Origin: an uncultured Acidobacteriota bacterium
GTDB lineage: Bacteria; Acidobacteriota; UBA6911; RPQK01; CBDAPI01
Length of the DNA stretch: 64,000 nt
Assembly (NCBI GenBank): GCA_964569605.1
Contig: CAZMUJ010000099.1
Coordinates: forward strand, 6,072 to 70,071
Direction of reading: 5' to 3'
Shown: positions 17,744-28,204 of the stretch, in pieces
Layout of the letters: every line of letters starts with the position of its first letter
Position numbering within the stretch: position 1 is the stretch's first letter
Program-made: the position numbers and the translations under genes
The notes under the pieces: model-generated
The model's database searches: none
What the model was told of the DNA's origin: nothing
The model's input: the letters and a program-made list of their open reading frames with translations, nothing else

Positions 17744-20467
17744 TTAGGAACACCCTGATGTGGCACCACAAACAGTACATACATGACAGTTGCCGTTGCG
17801 TTGCATTAGATTGCCGCAGGAATGGCAAGTTGCCGAACCAGATTTGGAATCACCCATCAACTTATTAACAGTTTCGGTTATTTGAGGATGTTTTTTCCCA
17901 TTAGTTTGGGGAAAATTGAGCTGAACCCCATCCTGGATAGAGTTGTTCGGATTTTGCCGATGGATGCCAAGGGCTTGCTGGGCATCAGTATCCATGAACT
18001 TGCTGGCAAGATAACGAACGGCATAATCGGGTATAGAGGTCGCAAATGGTATCTGTGAATTGTCTGTAAATCCAGCAGGCTCGAAACTCATATGGGCAAA
18101 CATGCGAACATAGTCTTCTAAGGGAACCCCTCTTTGAAGGCCCATAGAAATAGCAATTGCCCAAGCCATAGCCATACCTTGCAAAGTAGAACCCTGTTTT
18201 GCGAAATTGACAAAAATTTCACCTAATTCATTATCTTCAGGGTACAAACCCATCGTCAAAAAACCTTTAAAACCTTTTATCCGGAATTCATGCTGATAAG
18301 CTGGATGATCCTTTGGCATATTGCGCTGGGTTGGCCCCCCCGTAGCTTGAGTTCCAGACTGATCGAGATTTTTGTTTGAAAGGGGTTGAACCATTTTGCA
18401 ACCATCTCTGTAAATTGAGATGGACTTCATTCCATGTTTCCATCCTTGAAGGTAGGCTTCCCTTATTTCGGAGGCTGTGGCTTCATTTGGTAAGTTGACG
18501 GTTTTTGATATCGCACCAGAAAGAAATGGCTGAACGGCTCCACACATTTTTATATGCCCAAGATGGTGGATACTTCTTTCTCCAAGCGCTGCACGGTCAG
18601 CACAGTCAAAAACAGGAAGATGTTGTTTTTCCAGTTTTGGAGCTCCTTCAATTGTTTCTTGTTGCTCCACGTATTCACAGATCTCAGTGATATTCCTATC
18701 TGCATATCCTAGTTTTTTTAGAGCGAGTGGAATCGTGTTATTGACGATCTTAAGGGTTCCTCCACCGACTAATTTTTTTACCTTGACCAGTGAAAAATCA
18801 GGTTCGATGCCGGTGGTGTCACAGTCCATCATGAATGCAATGGTTCCAGTGGGTGCCAGTAGTGTAACTTGTGCATTACGGTAGCCAGATTTGGATCCCT
18901 TCACAATTGCCTCGTCCCAAGATTCCATAGCTGCATGTAGCAGATCCATTGGGACCAAAGCACTGTCGATGGTCGTTAGAGCGTCGCGATGTTTATGCAT
19001 GACTCGCATCATGGGGACCCGATTTTTCTCAAAACCCAGAAACGGCTCCTTTTTTTCGGCGATCTCTGCACTTGTTAAGTAGGCTTCACCAGTCATTAAA
19101 GCGGTGATAGCTGCAGAGATATTACGGGCCTGATTGCTATCGTAAGGTAATCCCCGGGACATTAGATAGGCCCCAAGATTTGCATATCCTAAGCCCAAGG
19201 TTCGATACTCATGGCTAATCTTTTTAATTTCAGGAGTAGGGTAACTTGAGTTGTCGACGATAATTTCCTGTGCCGTAATCATTGTTCGCACAGTGTGTTT
19301 GAAGCCCTGAGTATCAAAAGCACCATCATCCTTGGAAAACTTCATTAGATTAATGGAGGAAAGATTACAGGCAGAATTGTCTAAAAAGACGTATTCTGAA
19401 CAAGGGTTGCAGCCTCGAATTACATCTGTATTCGGACAAGTATGCCAGTCGTTTATTGTAGAGTAATACTGGAGTCCAGGATCTCCACAAATCCAAGTTG
19501 CCTCGGCTATCCAATCCATCATTTCATTAGCAGTGAAAGTCTCGGAAATCTCTCCATTTGTGATCTCGCGGGTATGCCAATCTTCTTGATTTGTGACAGC
19601 TTCCATAAATTCATTTGTGACGCTAACGCTATTATTGGCATTTTGAAATTGCACGCTGTTGTAAGCTTCTCCATCGATAGAAGCGTCATAGCCAAGCTCG
19701 ATCAATTTCTGGGCTTTTTGTTCTTCTAAAGCCTTACACCAGACGAATTCCTTTACATCGGGGTGGTCTGAATTCAAAATGACCATTTTTGCTGCTCTGC
19801 GAGTTGCTCCACCTGATTTGATGGCTCCAGCAAAACTGTCGTAGCCTCGCATGAAGGAAACAGGACCAGAGGCAAAGCCACCTACACGAAGAGGTTCGCG
19901 CGAAGAACGAATTCGGGAAAGATTAATCCCTGATCCAGAACCTCCCTTGAAAATGGTTGCTTCAGTTTTGGCCAACTTCATGATCGATTCCATTGAGTCA
20001 TCCACGCTATTGATAAAACAAGCCGAACATTGTGGTTTTGTCCTGATACCAACGTTGAATTGTACGGGAGAGTTAAAGGCAGCCATTTGGTGAAGTAGAA
20101 TATGAGTCAGTTCGTGATTGAATGAGAGGGCATCATCCTTAGTAGCGAAGTAGTTCATCTTTTTGCCCCATCCGCTAATTGTATCTGCAATGCGTCCCAC
20201 CAACTCTTTGAGACTGCTTTCCCTACCAGGCTTTCCCAGATGGCCTCGAAAGTACTTACTGGCCACAATGTCAGTAGCTCTTTGAGACCAAAAATCAGGG
20301 AATTCGATATCATCCTGGCGGAAGGCTACCTCGCCAGTTTTCCAATCCTTGATTTCGGCGACACGTTTTTCCCATTTCACCTGTTTGAACGGATGTACTG
20401 TATCCTTGGTAAAATGACGATTAAAGTTCAATCCTTTCTTGTGGGTGACTTTGAGCTGTTTCTTCAT
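17744..20467 (-). CDS. nrdJ: Adenosylcobalamin-dependent (class II) ribonucleotide reductase with C-terminal TSCPD-like and Zn-ribbon domains
   Basis: FNSP, QCSACFI, GGSGSG, GGATRRAAKM, active-site NPCSE, ACNLSSINL, APTGTI, GAISKTVN; terminal CHSC..CHVCTVCGATSGCS. No intein seen. Confidence 0.95.
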   Translation of the reverse strand: MKKQLKVTHKKGLNFNRHFTKDTVHPFKQVKWEKRVAEIKDWKTGEVAFRQDDIEFPDFWSQRATDIVASKYFRGHLGKPGRESSLKELVGRIADTISGWGKKMNYFATKDDALSFNHELTHILLHQMAAFNSPVQFNVGIRTKPQCSACFINSVDDSMESIMKLAKTEATIFKGGSGSGINLSRIRSSREPLRVGGFASGPVSFMRGYDSFAGAIKSGGATRRAAKMVILNSDHPDVKEFVWCKALEEQKAQKLIELGYDASIDGEAYNSVQFQNANNSVSVTNEFMEAVTNQEDWHTREITNGEISETFTANEMMDWIAEATWICGDPGLQYYSTINDWHTCPNTDVIRGCNPCSEYVFLDNSACNLSSINLMKFSKDDGAFDTQGFKHTVRTMITAQEIIVDNSSYPTPEIKKISHEYRTLGLGYANLGAYLMSRGLPYDSNQARNISAAITALMTGEAYLTSAEIAEKKEPFLGFEKNRVPMMRVMHKHRDALTTIDSALVPMDLLHAAMESWDEAIVKGSKSGYRNAQVTLLAPTGTIAFMMDCDTTGIEPDFSLVKVKKLVGGGTLKIVNNTIPLALKKLGYADRNITEICEYVEQQETIEGAPKLEKQHLPVFDCADRAALGERSIHHLGHIKMCGAVQPFLSGAISKTVNLPNEATASEIREAYLQGWKHGMKSISIYRDGCKMVQPLSNKNLDQSGTQATGGPTQRNMPKDHPAYQHEFRIKGFKGFLTMGLYPEDNELGEIFVNFAKQGSTLQGMAMAWAIAISMGLQRGVPLEDYVRMFAHMSFEPAGFTDNSQIPFATSIPDYAVRYLASKFMDTDAQQALGIHRQNPNNSIQDGVQLNFPQTNGKKHPQITETVNKLMGDSKSGSATCHSCGNLMQRNGNCHVCTVCGATSGCS

Positions 20468-20609
20468 CCCTCTCCTGTCTCATTTTGGCTAGAATCTCAG
20501 TTTTTTTCCAGTCTCAAGAACGGTTACATAACGCTGAAAAGTTTGGCCAGTCTAGACCTCGAACCTGACATTAAGTAGAGGTATTTGGAGGCCTTCCATG
20601 GAGACCAAA

Positions 20610-20657
20610 ATCCATTATATGGTGTTGGATAAAAGATAACTACTCTATATAGAGGCT
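20610..20657 (-). promoter_or_regulatory. Tandem NrdR-box-like operators overlapping a TATAAT -10 element upstream of nrdJ
   Basis: atccattatatggtgt (20610-20625) and actctatatagaggct (20642-20657) each match 12/16 of acaCwAtATaTwGtgt and start 32 bp apart. Minus-strand TATAAT at 20614-20619 lies inside box 1. Confidence 0.6.
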
Positions 20658-20937
20658 TAGCTGTGATGTAGTTCTGTTTTTAAACTCTTTTGTAATAGAA
20701 CAAGATCTTTTGTGATTGCAAATTTATTTTTTACCGAGAAAAAGTTTGATCAAGGTATGGGGATTGCCCGAGAAAGAACTCTTAAAGCAATCATTGAATG
20801 ATTTAATCGATCCATAGGGTTGCTATGTTCAAGTTGGCCTTAAGACTGTTAATGTAGCGTTTCCCGATGAAAAACTGACTTCTTCTAGTTTATCTTCAGA
20901 ATGGAGAACAAGTTTTTATGCTTTTTGAAAATCGTGA

Positions 20938-21630
20938 TCAACGCATTCCACGTGGTCCGAAAATGCCTGTACCTATTCGTATTAGAGTAGCACCTTCTTG
21001 AATGGCAATTTTGTAATCCCTACTCATTCCCATGGATAGTTGGTCAATCGGTTTTGCACTCAGATGATCAATCTGCTCGAGCAGAGATCGAACTTGCCTG
21101 AAAAAAGATCGGGTTTTTTCGGGATCAGGGTCATGGGGAGGAATACACATAAGTCCCTCAAGTTGGAGACTCGGATTTTTCTCCAAGGCTTCCAAGAGAG
21201 AAGGGAGATCAGAGGGAGATGCACCATGCTTCTGAATCTCGCCGCCTACGTTGACTTGAAGATAGACTCTCATTTTCTTACCCAAATCTTCTGCAGCACG
21301 TCCTGTCTTATGAATAATCTTAGGGCGATCTAGAGTCTGAATCACGTCGAAGATTTGAACGGCCTTTCGAGCTTTGTTGGTCTGAAGAGGTCCGATAAGA
21401 TGCCATTTAATCCCCTTTGGACATAGAGGGATTTTTCTGGCAGCTTCCTGAACTCGATTTTCACCGAAGGACTTCTGACCACAGTAGTGTGCCTCGGAAA
21501 CTGCTTGGGGAGAAAAAGTTTTGGAGACCGCTAGCAGCTGCAACGAGCTTCGTTTTCTTCCAGCTTTCCGTACAACTTCATGTAAATGGTGTTCTAATTC
21601 CTGTAGATTGGATCCAATTGAACTCACCAC
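20938..21630 (-). CDS. yggS: PLP homeostasis protein YggS/PROSC
   Basis: LLAVSKT, FGENRVQE, WHLIGPLQTNK, LQVN, GLMCIPP, LSMGMS.DY, EGATLIRIGTGIFG. Confidence 0.95.
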   Translation of the reverse strand: MVSSIGSNLQELEHHLHEVVRKAGRKRSSLQLLAVSKTFSPQAVSEAHYCGQKSFGENRVQEAARKIPLCPKGIKWHLIGPLQTNKARKAVQIFDVIQTLDRPKIIHKTGRAAEDLGKKMRVYLQVNVGGEIQKHGASPSDLPSLLEALEKNPSLQLEGLMCIPPHDPDPEKTRSFFRQVRSLLEQIDHLSAKPIDQLSMGMSRDYKIAIQEGATLIRIGTGIFGPRGMR

Positions 21631-21808
21631 TTAAGTATATAGTCCCCAGACTCAAAATGAGGAGCTGTTTGTTTTAAAGATTTCGACATTCCTTAAGATT
21701 TTTTTTTAGGATCCAGTGAAGTACTGTTAAGGTTTAATCTTCCGAACACAGCGAGGAAGACAGGAAAACAATACGCCGTGTGTTCTATGCATACAGGAAG
21801 GTCCTTGA

Positions 21809-22426
21809 GTGATGAAAATTAAAGGTGAATATACGTTTGATGCATCTCCCGAAAAGGTTTGGGATGGCTTGATGAATCCGGAGGTTATGGCCGCTACCAT
21901 CCCGGGCGCTGAAAAATTTGAACTGGTGGGTGAAAATCATTTTGCGAGTGAACTAACCATTAAGGTAGGGCCAGTTCAGGGCCATTTTCGAGGTCGGATC
22001 CAGCTTGAGGATATCGATTCACTCAACTCTTACACCATGAAAGTAGATGGACAGGGCCCTCAGGGATTCGTAAAAGCAAAGGCCAGAATTGCAATTGTCG
22101 CGCAAGAAAAAAAGACACTGATGACTTATGACGCTGATGCCCAAGTTGGTGGTCGAATTGTAAGCGTTGGTCAGCGTCTGATGGAAAGTTCAGGCAAGGC
22201 TATCATCAGAAAGAGTTTGGAGGGTTTGAACACTAGATTCTCGGCGCAGAATACTGAACAGATGAGCAGTGACAAATCAGAAAAAGTGCCTGAAATCATA
22301 ACTCCTTCACAGACTGCGTTTGCTGCCGAGGTGACAAAAGAGGTGGTCAGAGATTTGGTCCCTACGCCTATCTGGGTAGGATTAGGAATCTTGCTGCTTG
22401 GCTTTCTCTTTTATCTAATCCAGTGA
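21809..22426 (+). CDS. coxG: CoxG/SRPBCC-family protein with C-terminal membrane anchor
   Basis: VWDGLMNPEV...IPG, KVGPV.G.F.G, AQVGGRIVSVGQRL; C-terminal TM (IWVGLGILLLGFLFYLI). Confidence 0.75.
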   Translation: MMKIKGEYTFDASPEKVWDGLMNPEVMAATIPGAEKFELVGENHFASELTIKVGPVQGHFRGRIQLEDIDSLNSYTMKVDGQGPQGFVKAKARIAIVAQEKKTLMTYDADAQVGGRIVSVGQRLMESSGKAIIRKSLEGLNTRFSAQNTEQMSSDKSEKVPEIITPSQTAFAAEVTKEVVRDLVPTPIWVGLGILLLGFLFYLIQ

Positions 22427-22619
22427 GGAGCAGGACCTTACTGCGGGTTACGTACTGTTACCAAATTGTCTTTGGGTAGGAGCACTAAAGAATCTAAGAC
22501 TAGAACCACTTATGAATTAAATTCATTCTCGATGCCAAACTTAGGAAATGGACCTAGAAGATCTTATTAGAAACAAACATTTTTTTGGTTCATGATTTTA
22601 GTTATGAGGAGATAAAAAC

Positions 22620-23624
22620 ATGAAAAGGCCAGTCACTTTGTTCACAGGCCAATGGGCCGATCTTACTTTCGATACAATCTGTCAAAAAGCTAAGCTCTTT
22701 GGGTATGAAGGTGTTGAAATAGCCTGCTGGGGTGACCATTTTGATGTAGTTAAAGCTCTTGAGGAAGAGGGATATTGCAAAAACCGTCGGGATATTCTCA
22801 AGAGCCACGGGTTGTCGTGTTATGCGATCAGCAATCATCTTGTGGGACAGGCAGTGTGTGACCTTATTGATCAGAGACACAGGTCAATTCTACCAGCTCG
22901 TGTCTGGAGAGATGGAGATCCCATAGGTGTCAGAAATAGGGCAGTTGAAGAAATGAAAATTACTGCCCGAGCCGCAGCGAAATTAGGAGTTAAAGTCGTC
23001 ACGGGATTTGTGGGAAGTAGTATTTGGCATCTCTTATATTCCTTTCCTCCTGTAGATCCATTGCAAATCGAGCAAGGTTTTCGGGAATTCGCGGAGCTCT
23101 GGAATCCAATTTTAGATGTTTTCGATGAAGAAGGGGTTCGCTTTGCCCTTGAGGTTCACCCTACCGAAATTGCTTTTGATATTGCTACGGCACAAAGAGC
23201 CGTGGATGAACTAGGAGGGCGGGAGGCATTCGGTTTTAATTATGACCCGAGCCATCTTGGCTACCAGGGAGTTGATTACGTTGATTTCATTCGCCAGTTT
23301 AGTGAACGAATTTATCATGTTCACATGAAGGATGTAGGTTGGTCAGACAAGCCTACTCAAGCGGGAGTTTTTGGTGGTCACCTTCCGTTCGGAGATCCGA
23401 AAAGATTCTGGGATTTCCGTTCGCTGGGTCGGGGCAATATTGATTTTGAGTCGATCATTAGAGCTTTGAACGAAATTAAATATGTGGGTCCTCTTTCAGT
23501 GGAGTGGGAAGATCCTGGGATGGACCGAGAAGAAGGCGCTACTGAAGCTGCTGATTTCGTCAAGAAAATGAATTTTATGCCTTCTGGAATTGCTTTTGAT
23601 TCTGCTTTTTCTAAGGATGAGTAA
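22620..23624 (+). CDS. Sugar-phosphate isomerase/epimerase (AP_endonuc_2 TIM barrel)
   Basis: [41 protein letters not shown] metal-binding motifs. Confidence 0.88.
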   Translation: MKRPVTLFTGQWADLTFDTICQKAKLFGYEGVEIACWGDHFDVVKALEEEGYCKNRRDILKSHGLSCYAISNHLVGQAVCDLIDQRHRSILPARVWRDGDPIGVRNRAVEEMKITARAAAKLGVKVVTGFVGSSIWHLLYSFPPVDPLQIEQGFREFAELWNPILDVFDEEGVRFALEVHPTEIAFDIATAQRAVDELGGREAFGFNYDPSHLGYQGVDYVDFIRQFSERIYHVHMKDVGWSDKPTQAGVFGGHLPFGDPKRFWDFRSLGRGNIDFESIIRALNEIKYVGPLSVEWEDPGMDREEGATEAADFVKKMNFMPSGIAFDSAFSKDE

Positions 23625-23716
23625 TACGGTTTAGTACTTCTTGTTCTTGTAGAAAATTCAACAATTCTTCTAAATTTTAGATGTTAGAAGTCCGTTTGAA
23701 CAAAATACAACTGTAG

Positions 23717-24334
23717 TTGAATGTGTTCATGTCAGAGAATCGTTTTAGTCATAATCAATACCAAAAGAATATTTTTACTGAAGCGTATGAAGAGTTTTGT
23801 AAGTCTATACCTGTTGAAGTAGAAGAAAACCTGAAACAGATCGTGGCTAGTGTATCGCTATTAGGCGGTGAGCATGTGTTGGATGTGGGCACTGGAACGG
23901 GCGTTTTAATTCCCTATATTCGAAAATATGGAAGTATAGACATCGTAGCATGCGATTTGACTCAAATCATGCTTGAAAAGGCGAGGGAAAAGCATGATGG
24001 AGTGACTTTTTGGCTAGGTGATGTCATCGATTTACCTTCAAGTTTAGGGCTCTTTGATGTGGTATTTTTCAACGCGATGTTTGGGAATGTTTGGAACCAG
24101 CGAAGAATTTTGCAGAAAATAACAAATAGGTTAAATCCCGATGGCCGAATCTGCATAAGTCATCCCCTAGGTTCCCATTTTGTTGCTAAGTTACATCAAG
24201 ATAACCCTCGTCAAACACCTCACCTACTTCCTGATCAACCACGATTACGTTTCCTCAAAGAGGGAATACCACTCGAGGTACTCCACTATTATGATGAAAG
24301 GGATTTTTACCTTCTGGTTCTTAAGAGATTGTGA
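23717..24334 (+). CDS. Class I SAM-dependent methyltransferase
   Basis: Motif I VLDVGTGTG, acidic ACDLT after beta-2, FDVVFF, LNPDGRICI. Confidence 0.85.
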   Translation: MNVFMSENRFSHNQYQKNIFTEAYEEFCKSIPVEVEENLKQIVASVSLLGGEHVLDVGTGTGVLIPYIRKYGSIDIVACDLTQIMLEKAREKHDGVTFWLGDVIDLPSSLGLFDVVFFNAMFGNVWNQRRILQKITNRLNPDGRICISHPLGSHFVAKLHQDNPRQTPHLLPDQPRLRFLKEGIPLEVLHYYDERDFYLLVLKRL

Positions 24335-24466
24335 TACTTGAAATCTCCGTTTTTGGTGAAAGACTTCAATACCTCTTCAAAGTTTGAGGCCCATAATTGT
24401 TGTGAAATGTTTTAGTATTTTTAAGCGGGTATTGATCGGAATGAATTTTGTTAGATTCCGGAAAGA

Positions 24467-25474
24467 GTGAATGTTTTGAAATTAGTTATTTACCCTGCTA
24501 TTGATTCTGACCGTTTGGGGAAAATCGTTACTGCTGCTGGATCAATGTCCGTAAAAAACACTCACAGTGAAGTCGAGGCTCTGGCTGAAATTGTTGACGC
24601 TGAGGCTTTCTTGGGACAGATTAACAAAAAGATCCTTTCAGCCGCTCACAATCTATGCTGGGTACAAACAGTTACCGCTAGCCTTGAAAATTACATTTTT
24701 CCAGAATTAATTGAGCATCCTTGCCGGTTGACCAACACGCGGGGACTTTACTCAGATGTGGTAGCTGATCATGCTTTTGGTTACCTGCTCTGTTTTGCTC
24801 GAAACTTTCACATATATATTCGTCGCCAAATGGAGTCTAGATGGGAGGCAGCTGGAGGTGAGTTGGAGCGTCCCTCCATCTCAATGGGACAGGTTAAAGT
24901 TGGGCCTATAGACAGGGCACACATACACCTTGGTTCCATGGTTTTGGGCATTGTGGGTCTGGGTTCTATAGGTTCCGAAATTGCTCGCCGTGGATTGTCT
25001 TGTGGTATGAGGGTGATGGCTGTTGATCCTGTGAAGACCAAGACTAGTCAAGACATTGATTTGTGGACACCTGAAAGGTTGCCCGACCTTTTATCCAAGA
25101 GTGATTTTGTAGTAATTTCGGCTCCTCATACACCACAGACTGAAAAACTTTTTCGCCGCACACAGTTTCTTCAGATGAAACCAACGGCTTATTTGATCAA
25201 TGTCGGTCGTGGGATGATAGTAGATTTAAAGGATTTGACGACGGCATTGAAATCGGGAACTATTTCTGGTGCCGGACTAGATGTTTTTGAGTTAGAGCCT
25301 CTACCCGCAAAACATCCATTGTGGAAAATGGAAAATGTAATCATAACTCCTCATGTGGGTAGTAGTGCCACATGCATTGCATTGCGTCATTTAGAGTTTT
25401 TATTAGATAATGTTGCTAGATTCTCTCAAGGGAAAAACCTACGCAACTTGGTTGATAAAGAGAAATGGTTTTGA
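24467..25474 (+). CDS. D-2-hydroxyacid dehydrogenase family protein
   Basis: GIVGLGSIG, PHTPQT, INVGRG, GLDVFELEP, ITPHVG. Confidence 0.9.
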   Translation: MNVLKLVIYPAIDSDRLGKIVTAAGSMSVKNTHSEVEALAEIVDAEAFLGQINKKILSAAHNLCWVQTVTASLENYIFPELIEHPCRLTNTRGLYSDVVADHAFGYLLCFARNFHIYIRRQMESRWEAAGGELERPSISMGQVKVGPIDRAHIHLGSMVLGIVGLGSIGSEIARRGLSCGMRVMAVDPVKTKTSQDIDLWTPERLPDLLSKSDFVVISAPHTPQTEKLFRRTQFLQMKPTAYLINVGRGMIVDLKDLTTALKSGTISGAGLDVFELEPLPAKHPLWKMENVIITPHVGSSATCIALRHLEFLLDNVARFSQGKNLRNLVDKEKWF

Positions 25475-28122
25475 TCACTATAAGAACAACAACATCAATA
25501 ACTAAATTTCTGTTTGTACTCTTTTGTTTCTGTTCAAGTTCCTTAGCTGTGGGGCCTCCTCCTTCAATTTTGGAAGTAACCGCTAGAAATATCCTGAAAC
25601 GACACTGTATCTCCTGCCACGGAGAGCTTAAAGTTTCCGGGCTTGATCTCAGACAGCTTGAAACAACTTTAATAGGTGGCAGCCAGGGACCTTCTCTTGT
25701 TCCCGGTAAAGCGACTGAGAGTCTTTTGTTTTTGGCAGCCGCCCATGTTGGGGAGCTAAAGATGCCTCCAGGCAAACCAGCACTTTCGCTTCAGGATCTC
25801 GAAGTCTTACGTAACTGGATTAACGCAGGCGCTCCCTGGGCTTCTGTAGTGGCATCCCACAAAGAGTCTGAGCCGACTTGGTGGTCGCTCCGCTCTCCTC
25901 GTCGACCTTTAATTCCTCCGGTCAGAGAGGATACTCAAATTCGAAATCCTATTGATGCTTTTATTTTGGAAAAGTTGGGGGAAAAACAATTGAAGCCTGC
26001 TCCTGATACTGACAAGCGTACCCTGATTCGGAGAGCAGCATTTGATCTAACAGGCCTACCTCCCAAGCCAGAACAAGTAGAAAAGTTTCTGAATGATCCC
26101 TCTCCTGATGCTTACGAAAAGCTCCTTGATTCATTTATGGGTTCTCCTCGCTATGGTGAACGTTGGGGGAGACACTGGTTGGACGTGGTGCGCTATGCTG
26201 ACAGCGGGGGATACGAAACGGATGAGTACTTTCCTAATGCTTGGCGATATCGAGATTACGTCATTAAATCGTTTAATGAAAACAAACCTTATGATCGATT
26301 TCTGCAGGAGCAGATTGCTGGTGATGAACTATGGCCTAACAATTTAGATCTTAATAAGGATTACTATGGAATTGCCCCGGAAAAACTCGAACATATGGAG
26401 GCCAAAGTCGGGACGGGACTGTATACATTTGGTCCTGAAATTCTTGAGGACCTTCTCGATGCTCCCAAACTAGTTAACAGCAGATTGACTGATTGGGCAG
26501 ACACGACTGGTACTGTTTTCATGGGTTTGACAGTGGGTTGTGCCCGCTGTCACACACATAAATTCGACCCGATTTCTCAGGAAGACTATTATCGTTTTCA
26601 GGCCTTTTTTGCAGCTAGTCAGCCTGTAGAGATTCCTGTAGTGACAAAAATGGGCATATTCCATAGAAACGAGAGTTACCCTATAATGCTTGGAATCGAC
26701 GAAGCGAGAAGATCCTATCGTCTTTACCTGAGTCAACTTAAGGAAAAGTTGGTAGATCTGACCAAGTCGGAGTTTTCCCCAAAAATTCTTCAGGCCTATG
26801 AGATTACTGAGGAGAAGAGAACACCTCAGGAGAAGAAACTGGCACTGCCATTAATTTTGGCTCTTAAGTCTCTGGATGAAAATTGGGAAGATCAATTGAC
26901 TTTAGAAGAGAAGGAAGAGAAAAGAAAAAAGCTTCAGAAAATAGGGGAAGCAGTTCTTGAGTTGCCCGAAAAAGATCATTCTCACGCAGTAACTTACGAT
27001 GGATTTTATGATGTTCCCAAGGCTTCTGTTCTTGGTCACCGTGAGCCGGATCTAATTCCCAGAGTACATGTTTTAGATCGAGGAGAATTAGATAGAAAGG
27101 GTGAGGAAGTGGATGCTTCCGTTCCTGCTATATTCCATTATCTCGGAAATTCAGAAAATGAAAGTAGTCATGTAGATGGGGCCAAGGTTCACCATACTCG
27201 TAAGCAACTTGCCTTGTGGCTGACTCGCCCGGACCATCCCTTGACGGCTAGAGTAATGGTGAATCGTCTCTGGCAATGGCATTTTGGCCATGGAATAGTT
27301 CGTACTCCAAATGATTTTGGGGTTAGAGGTGACCCCCCCACACATCCTGAGTTGCTGGATTGGCTAGCGACTGAGTTTGTTTCCAGTGGTTGGGACATTA
27401 AAGCTATGCATAAACTGATCATGTTGTCCAACACTTATCGCATGACTAGTCGCTATTCGAATCTACGCAACATTGAAATGGATCCTGAAAACCACTTTCT
27501 TTGGCGTATGAACCGGCGGCGTCTAGAAGCTGAGACTGTTTGGGATACCCTCCACGCAGTGGCAGGTACAATCAATCTGAAAATGGGAGGTCGTCCAGTA
27601 GTACCTTCTTTGCTTGAGGATGAGTTGGCAGGATTGCCAGCGCTTTTCTTATGGCCAGTTTCTGCCGATCCTGACGAGCACAGACGGCGAGGTGTCTACA
27701 TATTATCCCGGCGGAGTTTCCCTTTCCCGATGTTTCGAATTTTTGATCAGCCAGATTCCTCAATAAGTTGTCCCAGTAGAGACGAGACAACTGTGGCAAC
27801 TCAATCGTTGTGGTCCCTTAATAACAAAATAGTCTTGGAGCAGGCGACAGAATTAGCCAAACGGTTGGTCAATATCGATGGTGAAAGTGCGTCCACCTGG
27901 GTATCGAATCTTTGGGAGATTACACTCGGTCGATTTCCCTCTAAAGACGAAAAACGAGAAGCTTTAGAACTTATGAAAATTATTGAAAATCATGGTGAGT
28001 TAGCAAATGGATGGGAAAAGATGCCACCTGTCCTTGAGGAGATTGGACCGGCCCGGTCCTCTTCTTTAATAGCACTTTGCCTAACTATGTTTAATTTAAA
28101 CGAGTTTTTGTATATTGACTAA
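25465..28122 (+). CDS. Planctomycete-type cytochrome c protein (PSCyt1 + DUF1549 + DUF1553)
   Basis: Signal peptide; HCISCHG and CARCHTHKFD CxxCH motifs; NPIDAFI, YGERWGRHWLDVVRYADS, HPLTARVMVNRLWQWHFG, PTHPELLDWLA, LNEFLYID. Confidence 0.92.
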   Translation: MVLITIRTTTSITKFLFVLFCFCSSSLAVGPPPSILEVTARNILKRHCISCHGELKVSGLDLRQLETTLIGGSQGPSLVPGKATESLLFLAAAHVGELKMPPGKPALSLQDLEVLRNWINAGAPWASVVASHKESEPTWWSLRSPRRPLIPPVREDTQIRNPIDAFILEKLGEKQLKPAPDTDKRTLIRRAAFDLTGLPPKPEQVEKFLNDPSPDAYEKLLDSFMGSPRYGERWGRHWLDVVRYADSGGYETDEYFPNAWRYRDYVIKSFNENKPYDRFLQEQIAGDELWPNNLDLNKDYYGIAPEKLEHMEAKVGTGLYTFGPEILEDLLDAPKLVNSRLTDWADTTGTVFMGLTVGCARCHTHKFDPISQEDYYRFQAFFAASQPVEIPVVTKMGIFHRNESYPIMLGIDEARRSYRLYLSQLKEKLVDLTKSEFSPKILQAYEITEEKRTPQEKKLALPLILALKSLDENWEDQLTLEEKEEKRKKLQKIGEAVLELPEKDHSHAVTYDGFYDVPKASVLGHREPDLIPRVHVLDRGELDRKGEEVDASVPAIFHYLGNSENESSHVDGAKVHHTRKQLALWLTRPDHPLTARVMVNRLWQWHFGHGIVRTPNDFGVRGDPPTHPELLDWLATEFVSSGWDIKAMHKLIMLSNTYRMTSRYSNLRNIEMDPENHFLWRMNRRRLEAETVWDTLHAVAGTINLKMGGRPVVPSLLEDELAGLPALFLWPVSADPDEHRRRGVYILSRRSFPFPMFRIFDQPDSSISCPSRDETTVATQSLWSLNNKIVLEQATELAKRLVNIDGESASTWVSNLWEITLGRFPSKDEKREALELMKIIENHGELANGWEKMPPVLEEIGPARSSSLIALCLTMFNLNEFLYID

Positions 28123-28144
28123 ATATTATAGGGATAATTTATAG

Positions 28145-28171
28145 TCGTTAGTTTTACAATAAAACTAACGA
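28145..28171. repeat. Perfect 12-bp inverted repeat between the PSCyt and DUF1501 genes
   Basis: tcgttagtttta-caa-taaaactaacga. Confidence 0.7.
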
Positions 28172-28204
28172 TATTACAGAGGTTTTGGTTTTCGAAGTTA
28201 AGTA

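Noticed and set aside
21809-22426. coxG as evidence of CO oxidation
   Set aside because: No coxL (AYXCSFR) or coxSM in the window.
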